Numbered from the stretch's first letter, positions 1-19,202 are shown. The stretch is 64,000 nt of DNA from Eledone cirrhosa (GCA_964016885.1 OZ024741.1:38998001-39062000), one strand, 5' to 3'. Notes: generated from the letters alone by a model not told the origin. Translations and numbers: made by a program.

Positions 1-123
1 AATTAAAAGACTAATGGTAATAGTTTCCTTAGTACGACCTGATTGATGTTTGGATTCTTTCCTTTTTCAGAGCAGATTCCTACAAAAAAACACGACAAAT
101 TTATACATGTCTTAGTATGGAGA

Positions 124-310
124 ATAATTGTTTCTACTTTTGGCACAAGGCCAGCAATTACTCCAGTGCATTACTGGTACTTTATTTTATCGACCCCGTA
201 AGGATGAAAAGCAAAGTTGACCTCGGCGGGATTTGAACTCAGAATGGCAAGGGCCGTAACTCTATGCGTCAAAGCATGGCGTCCGACCCTCTACAGATAC
301 TGCCAATCCA
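124..310 (-). mobile_element. tRNA-derived SINE, family 1 (octopus-type)
   Basis: Minus strand has an A-box-like TGGCAGTATCTG, a B box GAGTTCAAATCC, the core CTTTCATCCTTACGGGGTCGATAAAATAAAGTACC and an AGAAACAATTATT tail. More than 10 copies occur in the window. Confidence 0.85.
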
Positions 311-691
311 AAATTAATAGTGTAGGATAAGGAGAGTGTGATGAAAAGCAACTCCATTATTTCCTCGTCTCCTATGCTTTCAGTATATAGTAAACAAAAT
401 ATGAAATATCTCTAACCCAATAACCAAGATAGAGTGCCACTATTCTACAGGGATTACGTATTGGCACCATAGTTGGCCGAAAAGACGTTTGTTATAAGAA
501 AAGCGTTGTGTTTAAATTGTAACATAAAACTGATAAGTAGCATTCCGTGCATGGCTGTCTGCAATGTACGACCTTCCTATAAAACCTGATGCTATAGAAA
601 GATTTGATGTCATACATAAGAACGATTGTCCTGCTTAAGATTTAAGAAAATACAAATGGGTTTTAATATATATATATATTTATATATATAC

Positions 692-723
<32 letters not shown>

Positions 724-881
724 TATATCCAGGGGGTGTAACTTGGAGTTACTGCAGGTTCACCCGGGAGAGCACTCGATGTTTAGGTTCACTTCTGTGA
801 TGAGGTGTAGAGCTATACAGAGTGTAATATATTGAAAGGATAACAAGGACGATTGATTACTCCTTCATTGCATTTATTGAT

Positions 882-968
882 AGGTGACGCGCGTTTCGCC
901 ACTGATCAGCTCAAGGTTCGATCTGTATCTATCCTACCCGACTCAATAATCGGCAGCTCGACGGACCC
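882..968 (-). ncRNA. Degenerate type I hammerhead-like motif
   Basis: Minus strand: GGGT-CCGTCGA-GCTGC...GTGGC-GAAA-CGCGCG-TC-ACCT. Stems I, II and palindromic III are present, but the core deviates from CUGANGA. Confidence 0.45.
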
Positions 969-1067
969 TTTTAAAATGCTATAAGAAAATGAAATACATG
1001 CTATGTGGTAAAGTCAGAATTTCAAGGGTTTGACAAAATGAGTTGTTTTGATTGGTGGGAAGGATCA

Positions 1068-1375
1068 AAACCAACTCGCTGTTTCGAAAATATTCTTACT
1101 TGACATTACAGTCGCTAAGTTTATAGCTTCTAATTTGAATGGAAACAGACAGGTGATGTGTTGGTGTAAATGGTAGCACAGTGGTCCGGATAACCAAAGA
1201 TGTGGGTTCGACTCCCATGTACGTCAATATTCATCGTTTTTCCATTTCTCCGAGGGTTCTTAACCCTACTATCTGGCTAAATAATTTATTTAATTTCTTT
1301 AGTCAAAATACGGCGATAGCTTACATTTATAATAATTTCAAACCAACTCGCTGTTTCGAAAATATTCTTACTTGA
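1068..1375 (+). mobile_element. ~270-bp repeat unit containing a tRNA-like gene, with a ~36-bp terminal direct repeat
   Basis: AAACCAACTCGCTGTTTCGAAAATATTCTTACTTGA occurs at both ends. A tRNA-like segment lies at 1155-1226. A second copy lies at 40619-41147. Confidence 0.7.
1155..1226 (+). pseudogene. tRNA-like sequence (SINE head or tRNA pseudogene)
   Basis: A box TGGTGTAAATGG, B box GGTTCGACTCC, acceptor GATGTGT/GTACGTC, anticodon stem TGGT/ACCA with non-canonical loop CCGGATA, and a T5 terminator shortly downstream. Confidence 0.65.
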
Positions 1376-1590
1376 TATATATATATATAAAATTGCAAGT
1401 TTGAAGAATTATTAGATAAAATATATACGGTATTTCCTCTCCCTCGTCCGTATAAATCCATCACGTAAATAATCATTTAAACGAGGCTATAAGTTTAAAA
1501 TGTAACTATGAAGAAATAATCGACAAATGATACAGACTATCTTCCGCGAGGAATATATATAGAAAGAGGGAGAGAGAGAAAGTGGGGGGA

Positions 1591-1792
1591 TAGTGAAGGC
1601 GCGTGGCTGAATGATTGCAGAATTTGATTGGCAATTGTGAGGTTGTGAGTTCGATTCACGGACGGGACGATGCGTTATGTCCTTGGGCAAGACACTTTAT
1701 TTCACGTTGCTCCTTCTGGAGTTGCGACCGATCGAGAGTATTAGCAATTAGAAAGACCTCGGTACGATTTGACGAATGTCAATCAACTGTCG
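1591..1792 (+). mobile_element. tRNA-derived SINE, family 2
   Basis: A-box-like GGCGCGTGGCTGAATG, B box GAGTTCGATTC and core GTCCTTGGGCAAGACACTTTATTTC. Homologous to the minus-strand copy at 56921-57339. Confidence 0.75.
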
Positions 1793-2182
1793 ATATATAT
1801 ATATAAAATAATTAAGTCAAATATGTAAAATTTGGCTTCGTTTATTATAATACTGCTATATATATTTCACTTCGTTTATTTTTGGCTTCATTTTTGACTT
1901 CGTTATTTTTGGCTTCGTTTATTATAATTGTTTCTACTTTAGGCACAAGGCCAGCAATTACCTAGTGCATTACTGGTACGTTATTTTATCGACCCCGTAA
2001 GGATGAAAGGTAAAAGCCATCATTGGCTGTGATCTCATCAGACAGTCTGAATTGGTGTGGGAAGGACAGGTACACATGCTGTTGAAGTGTTTTACTCCGT
2101 CAATACATCAATATGTCCAGCTCCTGGTTGTGTTGTTATTCTTCTGAGGAACTGGAATCATAACAACCAACATATACTCAAA

Positions 2183-2236
<54 letters not shown>

Positions 2237-2329
2237 CGAGAGAGAAAGAGAGAGAGAGAGAGCGAGAGAGAGATAGTGAGGGAGAGAGAGAGAGAGCGTC
2301 GAATATAATACCATTAAAGTATTTGTTCT

Positions 2330-2763
<434 letters not shown>

Positions 2764-2804
2764 TATATATATTATATATATATATAGGAACCAGTATATA
2801 TATA

Positions 2805-3113
<309 letters not shown>

Positions 3114-3205
3114 ATAATAATAAATTTGAAGACTAAAATCCAAAGAGGGCTCGATAAGGATAAATATATATCAAATATATAAGAACCGTAATAAATATAT
3201 ATATG

Positions 3206-3287
<82 letters not shown>

Positions 3288-3324
3288 TGCGTGTGTGTGT
3301 GTATGTGTGGGTGTGTATGTGTGG

Positions 3325-3446
<122 letters not shown>

Positions 3447-3449
3447 ATA

Positions 3450-3489
<40 letters not shown>

Positions 3490-3707
3490 TGCACATCCTG
3501 ATGAAGGAACACACTAAAACCAGGGCCTCGTCTTTCCGGAAACACATAGCCAAATACGGAAACAAAGACGGAAGGCCCATTGTCACAATTCTAGCGACAG
3601 AAAGAAACGTCGGCACGTTACGTATCAAGGAAGCACTTTGGATCAAACGCCTAGGACCACAATTAAACAACCGATCCGAGAGAAGCGAAATGAGGTGGTT
3701 GGTTTAA
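3490..3707 (+). pseudogene. PLE GIY-YIG endonuclease C-terminal fragment
   Basis: KEH...SSFRKH...RIKEALWIKRLGPQLNNRSE is a typical PLE endonuclease end and is similar to the peptide at 31294-31554. Confidence 0.7.
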
Positions 3708-3842
3708 GTTAACAAACGATGCAGCAACACACGCACATACACACACAAGCGAGACAGCAACACACGCACATACACACACACACAGTAGCATTCCACCATA
3801 CGAACATACTACACTGCCAATACAGAGGAACAAGGCAACAAC

Positions 3843-3902
<60 letters not shown>

Positions 3903-4441
3903 AAGCGAGACAACAACACACGTACACATACACACACACAGTAACATTCACCAGGTAGAGAATGGACTGAGAGCTAGCGCCACTCCACTCCCACAATTGA
4001 AAGAACTACTTCGGTCGCTGACCTCTGCCTGACCGACCCCATTTCACGCGCACGAGCGCTCTGCTGAATACCTCAGATATTCAAAACAACGAACAGCGGA
4101 GGATACATTTCGCCCCTTTCCGACAGACCCCCCCCCCGGAAAAAACCACCAGTTGATGGATGTGAATCCGAAATATATAGGGACAATTAAATCTCTCCCA
4201 AGGTAACTCTTTCTCGTGTTGTTATTTTTATTTGTATCCTTTACGCTCTTTCCTTCATTCCTCTACCACGTTACAGTCTTATACACGCCACGCATCTCAA
4301 CGTACATCCACTTACATCTCTCTCTCCACCACCGGATCTTGTTACCCGGAGATTTACCCATCTGCATTGTCGAGGCTTCCAAACGACTTAAAGAAATTTA
4401 CCTTATTATTCCACAATGCTTCAAGCAAACTTCAATACTCT

Positions 4442-4547
<106 letters not shown>

Positions 4548-4805
4548 GGAAAACTACACAAGATAAAATAAAAATTTACCAATTACATCGATGTTCCGAC
4601 TGCTGCGTAATTTCAATTTTGGATATACTTATAATTTAGGATATTCTCCTTTGTGAGACTTCACATCTCCTTGCGGAACTTCTCAATCCAATAACAAATT
4701 ATTTCCGGACAATGGTGAGTGACAGGGTTACTAGAAGGATCAGTCTGTTTCAGCCTATTTTTTTTTTACTCAACCGTAAGGGAGTACAGAGCAAAATTAT
4801 TGAAC

Positions 4806-4845
<40 letters not shown>

Positions 4846-5009
4846 GTTCAATAACAATGCGTTATGAAAAACATTAAATTGCCAAGATAAAAGAATCTTT
4901 CCTTACCAAATTTAACGATCGTTAAATTTGCTAACTTATTGTTTTGGTTTTCAAAATTTTAATTTGTAATTCCCATTCAACAATGGTTCAAGTAAGCCAC
5001 AAAAGTCTG

Positions 5010-5043
<34 letters not shown>

Positions 5044-5226
5044 CAGACTTTTGTGGCTTACTTTTATATATATATATATATATATATAAAAGTAATATAT
5101 ATGAGTAATATATATGTTGAAACAGATACCAACATATCTGTATTTATATTGCAAAAGAACAGCTTTATACACGGCTCAGGAATATTTCCTTTCGAGCTAA
5201 TTCCATTGTAAAAGAATTCCTTACAC

Positions 5227-5376
<150 letters not shown>

Positions 5377-5597
5377 GTAATAATAATAAATTTAAAGACT
5401 AAAATCCAAAGAGGGCTCGATAAGGATAAATATATATCAAATATCTAAGAACCGTAGAGCAAATATTTATTAAAATAACAGATTAAAGTTTAACCAAAGA
5501 ATCGCTGCTTTCACCCTTAACTGGATCTTCTGAAACTTCTGTGTTTCAGAAGATCCCGTTAAGGGTGAAAGCAGCGATTCTTTGCTTAGATTTTATC

Positions 5598-5600
<3 letters not shown>
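5377..5600 (-). mobile_element. Fold-back PLE terminus, family B (palindrome plus tail; HHR-like motif in each arm)
   Basis: Inverted arms around 5537-5543. The same sequence occurs at 3110-3192, 7488-7590, 23195-23416 and 33796-34886. Confidence 0.75.
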
Positions 5601-5655
<55 letters not shown>

Positions 5656-5804
5656 TAAGTATAGACACATATATGGATCGAGTTTAACTATTACCAGTTT
5701 TGCTCAATGAAGGAATTAATAAAAACTCAATTAGTCAGAGCATAATTAAATTATATGTGGAGAAAGTAAACAAGATAAAATTTAAAAAAATAGATTCAAT
5801 GTTC

Positions 5805-6590
5805 AAAAGACCAATATCCGAAGAGGTATCGATAAATGTTACATTTTAGTCTGACATTAATTAACAGCGAAGTCGTTGAGTATTCCAGAGTTACGTATAC
5901 ACTTAAACTAATTCCTAAACCTATTCAACGTGTCACAGTATGTGACAAGATAGGCGTTGCCAAAGATACCACGTAGTAGGATGGAACAACAGAATACATG
6001 AATGCACTCAATTGATTACACGAAACGTTAAAAGACAAACAAACGTGACTAACAAATGAGAAGTGAGATTTAACTCTGCAGTTATGTAGTTATGATTCTC
6101 TGTTTTCCTACCCGTATGTAATTCAACTTACGGTAAAAGTAGGCTCAGTTGAGAAAGTATTAATCTTACACACTGACTTTGTGGAGACAAACAATCCTGG
6201 TTCGGGAATATCAGAGTATCAGAAACCGGCAATTAATACTTTCTCAACTGAGCCTACTTTTACCGTAAGTTGAATTACATAAGGGTAGGAAAACAGAGAA
6301 GCATAACTACATAACTGCAGAGTTAAATCTCACTTCTCATTTGTTAGTCACGTTTGTTTGTCTTTTAACGTTTCGTGTAATCAATTGAGTGCATTCATGT
6401 ATTCTGTTGTTCCATCCTACTACGTGGTATCTTTGGCAACGCCTATCTTGTCACATACTGTGACACGTCGAATAGGTTTAGGAATTAGTTTAAGTGTATA
6501 CGTAACTCTGGAATACTCAACGACTTCGCTGTTAATTAATGTCAGACTAAAATGTACCTTTTATCGACACCTCTTTGGATATTGGTCTTT
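5805..6590. repeat. ~365-bp inverted repeat, probable fold-back PLE terminus
   Basis: 5805-6165 is a near-perfect reverse complement of 6232-6590. It shares a CCTCTTTGGAT..T.GTCTT motif with the family B tail. Confidence 0.75.
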
Positions 6591-6847
6591 CGTCCTATGA
6601 CAGCTGTTACATAAATATAAGTATACACACGTACACATATATATACATATATAGAGATATATTTGATATACCTCATATGAAATGATACAGCCAATTTTCC
6701 ACACAATACAATTAGTTAGCAACCCGAACGTTTAATTAGGAATATACTCAGGTATTTCCTAATGTTTGTTGAGTGAGCTGGAATTTGGCCGGAGTATCGC
6801 TTTTAGCTTTCTCCGATTATGTATTTATATATATATATATATATATA

Positions 6848-7048
6848 TGAACAAGTAAGACCCCGACGGCTGAGCTCAAGCCGTTTCGACAGCTAATTCT
6901 GGACTGAATGGAGTCCAGAATTAGCCGTCGAAACGGCTTGAGCTCAGCCGTCGGGGTCTTACTTGTTCCTATTACCCACTCTACTACCCTAAGTATTGAG
7001 TACTTTGGTGCGTTATGGTCCACCTGGTTCCTTACCACATTTCTTTCG

Positions 7049-7050
<2 letters not shown>
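6848..7050 (+). mobile_element. Fold-back PLE terminus, family A
   Basis: Same palindrome-plus-tail layout as 2805-2997, with (TA)n flanks. Confidence 0.85.
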
Positions 7051-7098
<48 letters not shown>

Positions 7099-7653
7099 AC
7101 ATACAAACACATATATACATATACATATGTACGTATGGGTTATACTGAGCATTAATAATAATGTACGATTCGTTTGTAACTCGCTTGGTATGCAAATGAG
7201 GCTACTCAGCCGATGTGTACTTAAGAAAATACTATATATTTTCAACCGTTCAACCGATTGGCAGAGGTATACAGTCCTGATGAAGGGTAATGACCAATAA
7301 ACATATATGTGTGTGTATGTACATATATATATATATGTATATATGTGTGTATATATGTGTGTGTATGTACATATATATATATATATGTGTGTGTGTATAT
7401 ATATCTGTGTGTACATGAACATACTTATATATATATATATACATACATAAAAAGTAAGTCCATAGAATCATTAGATAAATATATATATTTATTAAAATAG
7501 ATTAAAGTTTAAGCAAAGGATCGCTGCTTTCACCCTTAATGGGCGAACCCTCTTCGGATTTTAGTCTTCACATTTATTATTATTACTATATATATATATA
7601 ATTGAAAAAGTGGAGAATAACAAGGTCAACAGTACAAAAAAGGAGATTTATTT

Positions 7654-7764
7654 ACAGTCTAACAATTGTTTCACTGACAGAGTTGTCTAAAAATTGCTAA
7701 ACACTGAAAGTAGTGCCACTCAATTTAAAATACATGTTGGCCCCATCATATCTTCAGAAACTGT
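7654..7764 (-). ncRNA. Type I hammerhead ribozyme candidate with long stem II
   Basis: Minus strand: ACAGTTT-CTGAAGA-TATGATGGGG...CTCTGTCAGT-GAAA-CAATTG-TT-AGACTGT. A related palindrome lies at 55853-56103. Confidence 0.65.
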
Positions 7765-7997
7765 CAAAAAATATATATATATGTGTAACCGGCAAATTTA
7801 CAAATTCAAATTACAACATCAATAATAATATTAATAATAAAGATATAGGAAGGGAGATAGATATAGTAAAGAGAGAAAGGAATATATATATATATGTATA
7901 AACACATAGACATATTTATATGCATATATATATATGTATACACGCACACACATATTTATATGCATATATATATATATGCATATATATATATATGCAC

Positions 7998-8086
<89 letters not shown>

Positions 8087-8408
8087 TGCATATATATATA
8101 TATGTATATACATACATATATATGTACGCAAATATATCCATACGCAATATATAAACATGAGACGTTAACATCTTTGCTTGTGTTTATATTGCCAGCATGT
8201 GTTAGAACCAAACTCCTGGTGGTAGGGAAGGCCTGGGTGTATATATAGATATGTATATATGTAAAGATAGATCTTGGTTTCCATTATACATCAACGTACG
8301 GGGTGATATGGATAATTTTATATCAGCGCTCTACACGCCATCTTGTTTGGAACGCCATCTCAATTTCACATAGCTCACCGTAGAACAACAAATATGGCAA
8401 CCATATCT

Positions 8409-11890
<3,482 letters not shown>

Positions 11891-11898
11891 ATAACAAC

Positions 11899-11944
<46 letters not shown>

Positions 11945-12479
11945 GCAACAACAACAAAAGTAATAATAACAGTAAAAACAATACCATTTTATATAGTTTT
12001 ATCTCATACTAAGTGTGTTTTATAAACTAGTCATTTGTCTCTTGAATTGCATGCCATGCTGTATTCTTGTAAATTTAGTCAGTGTTTACAATAATTTTGC
12101 CCGCCGATGATTTGTTTTTATTATATCATTGTTTACATGGTGCCCTATTTTGACTGCGGAAACGACAGCTTTCATTTTCAGCCATTTATGAAAATATGCC
12201 TATTTTAAACACGTATATACCCACACTACGATTTTTTAGCTAAAGTAATGAAGACGATCAACACCCAAACTTTCCATTTGCCGAATGGAACAGCTGAAGT
12301 TATTCATGTGCAAGTAAGAAGGGCCACGACGCAGCCTTCTTTGCGAATTATAATGTCGCCTTTCTGTTTAAAAGTCGACCAAAACAATGCCATTATCCCC
12401 CCCCCCCCCACCGCCATCAGCGTGGCAACAACAGACTACAGGAGTAATACTGCTACCACCGTCACCAATGTGTGGGCAA

Positions 12480-13090
12480 GTGTTAGCAGAACCCTGTCCT
12501 TAGTTGGGGTGTGCTCAGATTCTCAAGGTTATGTAAGGAACTAAATAGGTTATGTATAGGGACTAAATAGAAAGACTTAGAAAGAGCAATGAATGAGAAA
12601 ATTGAAAGATGCCTCAGAACAATCTGAGAAATCTTAAACAATATATTCCGGAGCAATAGATTTAGCACGGTGGTGGTGAAGTTCCCCAATGAAATGAAGG
12701 CCAAAAGACATTAGACTATTAGTTAAAGAAAAACAGAAACTCTCCTCATTCCATCGTACTGCGGACGTAGTACTGTGACCTGACGTCTGCCGGGTGAAGG
12801 AGACAGTACGGGTAAAACTCGAGGCGCAAACAGAAATTCTACAAGTTCAAAATCTGAGAAAAGTATAGACTGAAGATTTGCGTGGATGGAGCTCTTGTCC
12901 AAACTGATCAAGAAAGCTTGAAAGCAATTTTTGACCTTATTAACCTGCCAGTTGGCAACCAAATATTCGTAGAAGGCAGAACGCCAAGGTTTACATGTGC
13001 TGCCAACTCACATCTGAAGACTTTCTGTCAACAATAACATATAGTACTCGTGCAAAAAACAATCCTCTAGATCTTAACACTTCACATCGT
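12480..13090 (+). pseudogene. Degraded Tx1-like LINE ORF1 remnant
   Basis: Peptides LLIPSYCGRSTV and IFVEGRTPR resemble IFFPTYMERTHNIRV and IRVEGRKPQ at 48180-48460. Confidence 0.45.
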
Positions 13091-13934
13091 CAACAACAAC
13101 AGATGCGACAGCATCAACAGCCGCAGTAACAACAACAACAACATCAGTATTAATGCCTATTATCTTATTCTGCGCATTTAGTTTTGCCTAAGTAGTTCTC
13201 TAGTATAAAGATTTGGTGAGAAAAATAACTTGGATGTGAAGGATGAAAACAGTAACAGTCGCTATAACATCAACGTCAACAACAACAACAACGATAACAA
13301 CGACGACGACGACGACAGCAACAACAGAAACAACAACGACAACAACAACAATAGCAGGAGCAGCAGCAGTAATAATGATAATAACAGTTTCTTCATTAGC
13401 CACACAGGGTGCTTTCATTAAGAGGACAATAAGGACGGCACAGAACCGTACAGTGTGTTTTTGTGTGTGAGGGAAAGGTTTATAAAGAAGACTAAAAAAT
13501 AAACATTTAAAATAAAACAACAAATTCCCCAAAAGTGAGGTGAAACCTGAAAAAAGTTAAATAGGGCTTCGTCGAAGAGGAAGTGCTTCTCTTCAAACAT
13601 TTCAGGCGCGTCCACCACATGACCTTTTTGCCATGGTCACCAGGCATATAAAACTACCTGTTCTTCCCCTCTAGGGGAAGACAGTGGGGTGACCTTCACA
13701 ATGAACTCAATAATAATAATAATTGTCTCTACTTTAGGGCAAGTTGATTAAATCGACCCCAGTTCGTTAGTGGTACTTCATTTTATCGACCCCGTAACGA
13801 TGAAAGGCAAGGGCTAATAATATGTGCTCTCGGAATCCTTAAGAGACCCTACACAGACATACATAAACAAAATCCCAAGAATTACAAATATATACAGCAC
13901 AGAGAAAATATAACTACCAGGCCCTATACACATA

Positions 13935-14081
13935 TAATTGTTTATACTTTCGGCACAAGGCCAGCAATTATTCCAGCGCATTACTGGTACTTTATTTTAT
14001 CGACCCCGTAAGGATGAAAGGCAAAGTTAACCTCGGCGGGATTTGAACTCAGAATGACAAGGGCCGTAACTCTATGCGTCA
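13935..14081 (-). mobile_element. SINE family 1 (another partial copy at 13720-13811)
   Basis: Same core as 124-310. Confidence 0.8.
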
Positions 14082-14340
14082 ATCCACATATAATGAAGAG
14101 TATTTTCAATACAAAAGGAACAACTACACCTAAAACAACACTGCAAAAAGTAGAACACCAAAAACAACACAGCACTGTGCTTGGTAATATAGCGACAACA
14201 GGCTATGGAAAGAACACAAATAATAATATAAATATTAATAATAAAGCTAATAAGTTTATCACACAGGCGTGAAGTTTCAGAGTTTTTAGAGCATGTGGGA
14301 GATGGATTAGTCGACTATTAGGTTGGTGCGCATTTATTTG

Positions 14341-14377
<37 letters not shown>

Positions 14378-14741
14378 ATGTTAAACATATACGAGGAAAA
14401 AAAGTTGAACATTAAACTCAACATGACTGCAAGGAAGCTATATGTATTATTTACTTCATTTATTTTCCCCTCGAGGGTTATTCACTGGTACAGGATAGCT
14501 CTTAGTCTCGCAATTCAAAGATCGTATGGATATAGACGATTGCACTACATATCCTTGCTTACATTTACTTACTGGGAAAGAAAGGGGAGAAAAAACCACA
14601 TGGGAGCTGGACGAAACAAAGAGTCGTTAGGACGGATTGCATTCTATTGTGCACATGTGTTACCGCCAGGGAGATATAAATTGCGTGGAATTGAATAATA
14701 TATGCATAAGTATGTATTTATGCATACATTTATCCCTCTCT

Positions 14742-14843
<102 letters not shown>

Positions 14844-14855
14844 TTAATATAGATG

Positions 14856-14906
14856 AGATTCTACAGGACTAGAACTGTTTCATTCATTAGAAATCATCAG
14901 GAATCT
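14856..14906 (-). ncRNA. Type I hammerhead ribozyme (family C, inverted copy)
   Basis: Exact reverse complement of 20766-20816. Confidence 0.85.
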
Positions 14907-15601
14907 GGGTATCAAAAAATAAATATGGTATTTATAGGTCTCTACAAGTGGTAGGAGAGGGTGGGGAGTGGGATGGGTGCAGGTCATTGGTTGATAGAAA
15001 AGGGGATTCATTAAAAGCTAATTCTACAAAGCTATAGTTTATTTTTATTTTTATTTATATTTATTTATGTTTTTAGAGTAACAAAGGCAGACAGAATTCT
15101 ATAAACAGGTTCCGGATGGCATACCATTCCTTGTCAATAAGTTTCTCTTAAGCTAACAGATGTCTATAAAATCAGTGGGGGGTCAGTCATGGTCGATAGA
15201 ATTAAAGAAAAGGGAGATTCTTTAAAAGCTAAAGTCATTAAGGTTCTACTAAGTGACAAAGGTCTAGAGAATTCTGCAGACAGATTCAAAATACTGAGTG
15301 CATATCTTACTATTATCTTCGAACTTCTCTTAAACTAATCAACTATATGCCAAAAATCAACAGACACATTCACAAAAAAACAAAAAAAACAAAAAAACAA
15401 AAAAACACACATACTCACTCACACACTTACGCGCAACCATAAACACACACACAAACACATATACACACATAAAAACACACACACATATATAAAAATATAT
15501 AAATATATATAAATATATATTCATGTACACACACATACATACACACATACATACATACATATACAATACATATACATACATATATATATATATATACATA
15601 A

Positions 15602-15730
<129 letters not shown>

Positions 15731-15879
15731 CACACAGATACACACACACATACACATACACACACACACACATATATACACAAATCAATACACTCACACG
15801 CATACATACAAACACGAGTATACATATGTATAAATATCTATACACACACACATATACACACATATATATATACATATAC

Positions 15880-15983
<104 letters not shown>

Positions 15984-16080
15984 CCATACATATACAAACA
16001 TACACGTACATACACAGACCTATACATAAATATACACATATATATACAGACATATAACGCATATATACACACACATATAC

Positions 16081-16139
<59 letters not shown>

Positions 16140-16741
16140 GATAAATCTACCAAGAGTTTACGGTAGTGTCCAATCCGTATGAAGAACTCAATGTATTCCG
16201 GATATCATGGAAAGAAGAGATGTAATGAAAAATCACTTTCGGTGAAAGATAAACGGTATACAGAGTCAAGATAAAATATTAAACAAATAATGAATAAAAC
16301 AATGAAACAGTTCCTTATATTAAACAAAAAAAGTTCATTATTTAACGATCGTTTCTAGGATATATATGTGTGTTTGCATGTTCGTAGTTATGTGTATGTT
16401 TATGCATATACGCGCGTGTGTGTGCGATTGTACTGATATGTGTGAGTATGAGAATATGTGTATACACTTATTTCATATTTATGTGTCTATACGCATCTTA
16501 TCTGTGCATTATAAACTTACAGAGACATTAACCTTGAAATTTTGTATTTGCATCCATCCTTTTGGTATGCGTATACAAGTTGAGCATACATTTTTGTAAA
16601 ATATGTGTAAGGGTAGTTACATGTATATACACACACCGAACTGCATTAAACCTTTTGTATTTTCATTGGTCAATTTTGTTCCCAAACGGACCTGAAATTT
16701 TGAATTGTTGTTATTATCAATAAATATATTTCATTATTTCT

Positions 16742-16861
16742 TTACGATCTGAGTTCAAATCCCGCCGAGGTTGACTTTGCCTTTCATCCTTACGGGGTCG
16801 ATAAAATAAAGTACCAGTAATGCACTGGGTAATTGCTGGCCTTGTGCCTAAAGTAGAAACA
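16742..16861 (+). mobile_element. SINE family 1, 5'-truncated, with 9-bp TSD
   Basis: ATTATTTCT at 16733-16741 and at 16862-16870. Confidence 0.8.
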
Positions 16862-17009
16862 ATTATTTCTGAAGACGGCGTATATATGTGTTGGTATGTA
16901 TATTTAATCTTGATAGTTTGTATAATTTTGTATAATTTTGTACATAGATCTGTTAAATATGCATGCCAATTCTAACACATATATATCCTAGAAACGATCG
17001 TTAAATAAT
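16862..17009 (+). ncRNA. Type I hammerhead ribozyme candidate with ~115-nt stem II
   Basis: ATTATTT-CTGAAGA-[TATATATGTGTT/AACACATATATA and GGTATGTATATTTAA/TTAAATATGCATGCC helices]-GAAA-CGATCG-TT-AAATAAT. Confidence 0.75.
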
Positions 17010-17066
17010 GAACTTTTTTTGTTTAATATAAGGAACTGTTTCATTGTTTTATTCATTATTTGTTTA

Positions 17067-17115
<49 letters not shown>

Positions 17116-17233
17116 ATACATATACATATACATATATATACACACACGCGCGCATACACACATACACACACCCCACACACAAAATATATATACACACTCT
17201 CTCTCTCACGCACATATATATATATATATACAC

Positions 17234-17267
<34 letters not shown>

Positions 17268-17273
17268 ATATAC

Positions 17274-17340
<67 letters not shown>

Positions 17341-17343
17341 TAT

Positions 17344-17385
<42 letters not shown>

Positions 17386-17507
17386 ACACACATACACACA
17401 TATATACATACATACACACATACACATACACAGACACATACATATACACATATATATATACTCACATATATACACACATACACACACACAAATATATATA
17501 TATATAC

Positions 17508-17556
<49 letters not shown>

Positions 17557-17563
17557 TACACAT

Positions 17564-17606
<43 letters not shown>

Positions 17607-17685
17607 TATATATATATACACACACATACATATACATACATATACACACACACACATACACACATATACATATATACATACAAAT

Positions 17686-17737
<52 letters not shown>

Positions 17738-17751
17738 CTGCCCACACAACC

Positions 17752-17821
<70 letters not shown>

Positions 17822-17839
17822 GCACACACATACATACAT

Positions 17840-17922
<83 letters not shown>

Positions 17923-17941
17923 TATACACACACACATACAT

Positions 17942-17988
<47 letters not shown>

Positions 17989-18113
17989 TACATATACACA
18001 TATATATACATATACACACACATACATACATACACACATACACATACATATACATAAACATACATACATACATACACATGCATACATACATACATACATG
18101 CACATATATACAC

Positions 18114-18176
<63 letters not shown>

Positions 18177-18267
18177 AATACACAAACATATACATACATA
18201 TACATACATAAATATACACACATAAAACACATATACACACAAACATATATATATATATACATATATA

Positions 18268-18341
<74 letters not shown>

Positions 18342-18559
18342 TACACATATACACATATACAAACAAATATATACACATACAAGTAAATAGGTACTCAATA
18401 AATATACCCATATACGCAGGCACATAAAGACACCTCTACAGGCAGAAAATGTAGATACGAAAGAGGTACTCACATAACCATAGTGGCCGTATTTCAGGTT
18501 GAGGAGGGGTGGGGGTAGGGTGGGGAGTAGGTATAGGGGCCAAAAGGGGGAGGTCGTTT

Positions 18560-19084
18560 TTAGCCATCGGGCTTTAACACTGGCTTAAAATGTTTGAATG
18601 TTGCAAGGTTCTTGTGCATGCAGTTCGGGCAGTGTTCAGAGACTTTGTTCAGTAGCGGGCCCTTGGCGAATAAAATTTCGTAGCTCTCTGAAATACAAAG
18701 GTCGCAGCCCTTGTGTCCTCCGTTGTAAGAGCGCGCTTTCTGGAGTATTTTCCAATTTAGCGTGAAGGGGGTGGAGTTCCTTTTGAGGTCCCAAACGTAG
18801 GAGGCGAGTGTTGTCTGATTTGATTTATCTGGTCTTCTGAAGGAGTGGGTATGGGCATACCAACGGGTCTTAAAGTTGTTGGAGGTCATGCCGATGTAAG
18901 TTTTTTTGCAATCCTCGGTGCCTGAGATGACATCGCATTTGTATACGATGTCATTTGTGAGGCATTTGTTTTCTAGTGGGCATGCTTCCTTATTTAGGCA
19001 ATTACATAGAGCCCCAGTCCGGGGATTGGTTTCGGAGGTGGTTGGCTTATTTAGTTTAGAGTTGTGGTTGGCTATATTCCTAGC
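18560..19084 (-). pseudogene. PLE GIY-YIG endonuclease domain (5'-truncated ORF)
   Basis: Open frame ARNIANHN...CNC...CPLENKC...IVYKC...[13 protein letters not shown]...CDLC..E...LLNK..CMH. Confidence 0.88.
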
Positions 19085-19113
19085 ACATACACATACACGT
19101 ATGTGTATGTGTA

Positions 19114-19202
<89 letters not shown>

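Larger units (their letters stand above)
16137..17072. mobile_element. Nested fold-back PLE terminus inserted in the left arm of the family C element
   Basis: 16270-16372 is inverted to 16975-17072. The block is absent from the right arm of the host element and has (TA)n on both sides. Confidence 0.75.

Noticed and set aside
1155-1226. Functional tRNA gene
   Set aside because: The anticodon loop CCGGATA lacks U33 and purine 37, the acceptor stem has several G-U pairs, and it lies inside a repeat.
4148-4183. Hammerhead-like GGAT-GTGA-ATCC-GAAA-TATA-TA downstream of the GIY-YIG fragment
   Set aside because: The core has decayed to CAGTTGA. It is a likely relic but not supportable as a ribozyme.
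4575-4700. Possible third UUGAGAA hammerhead on the minus strand
   Set aside because: It has GGAA instead of GAAA and no convincing stem I.
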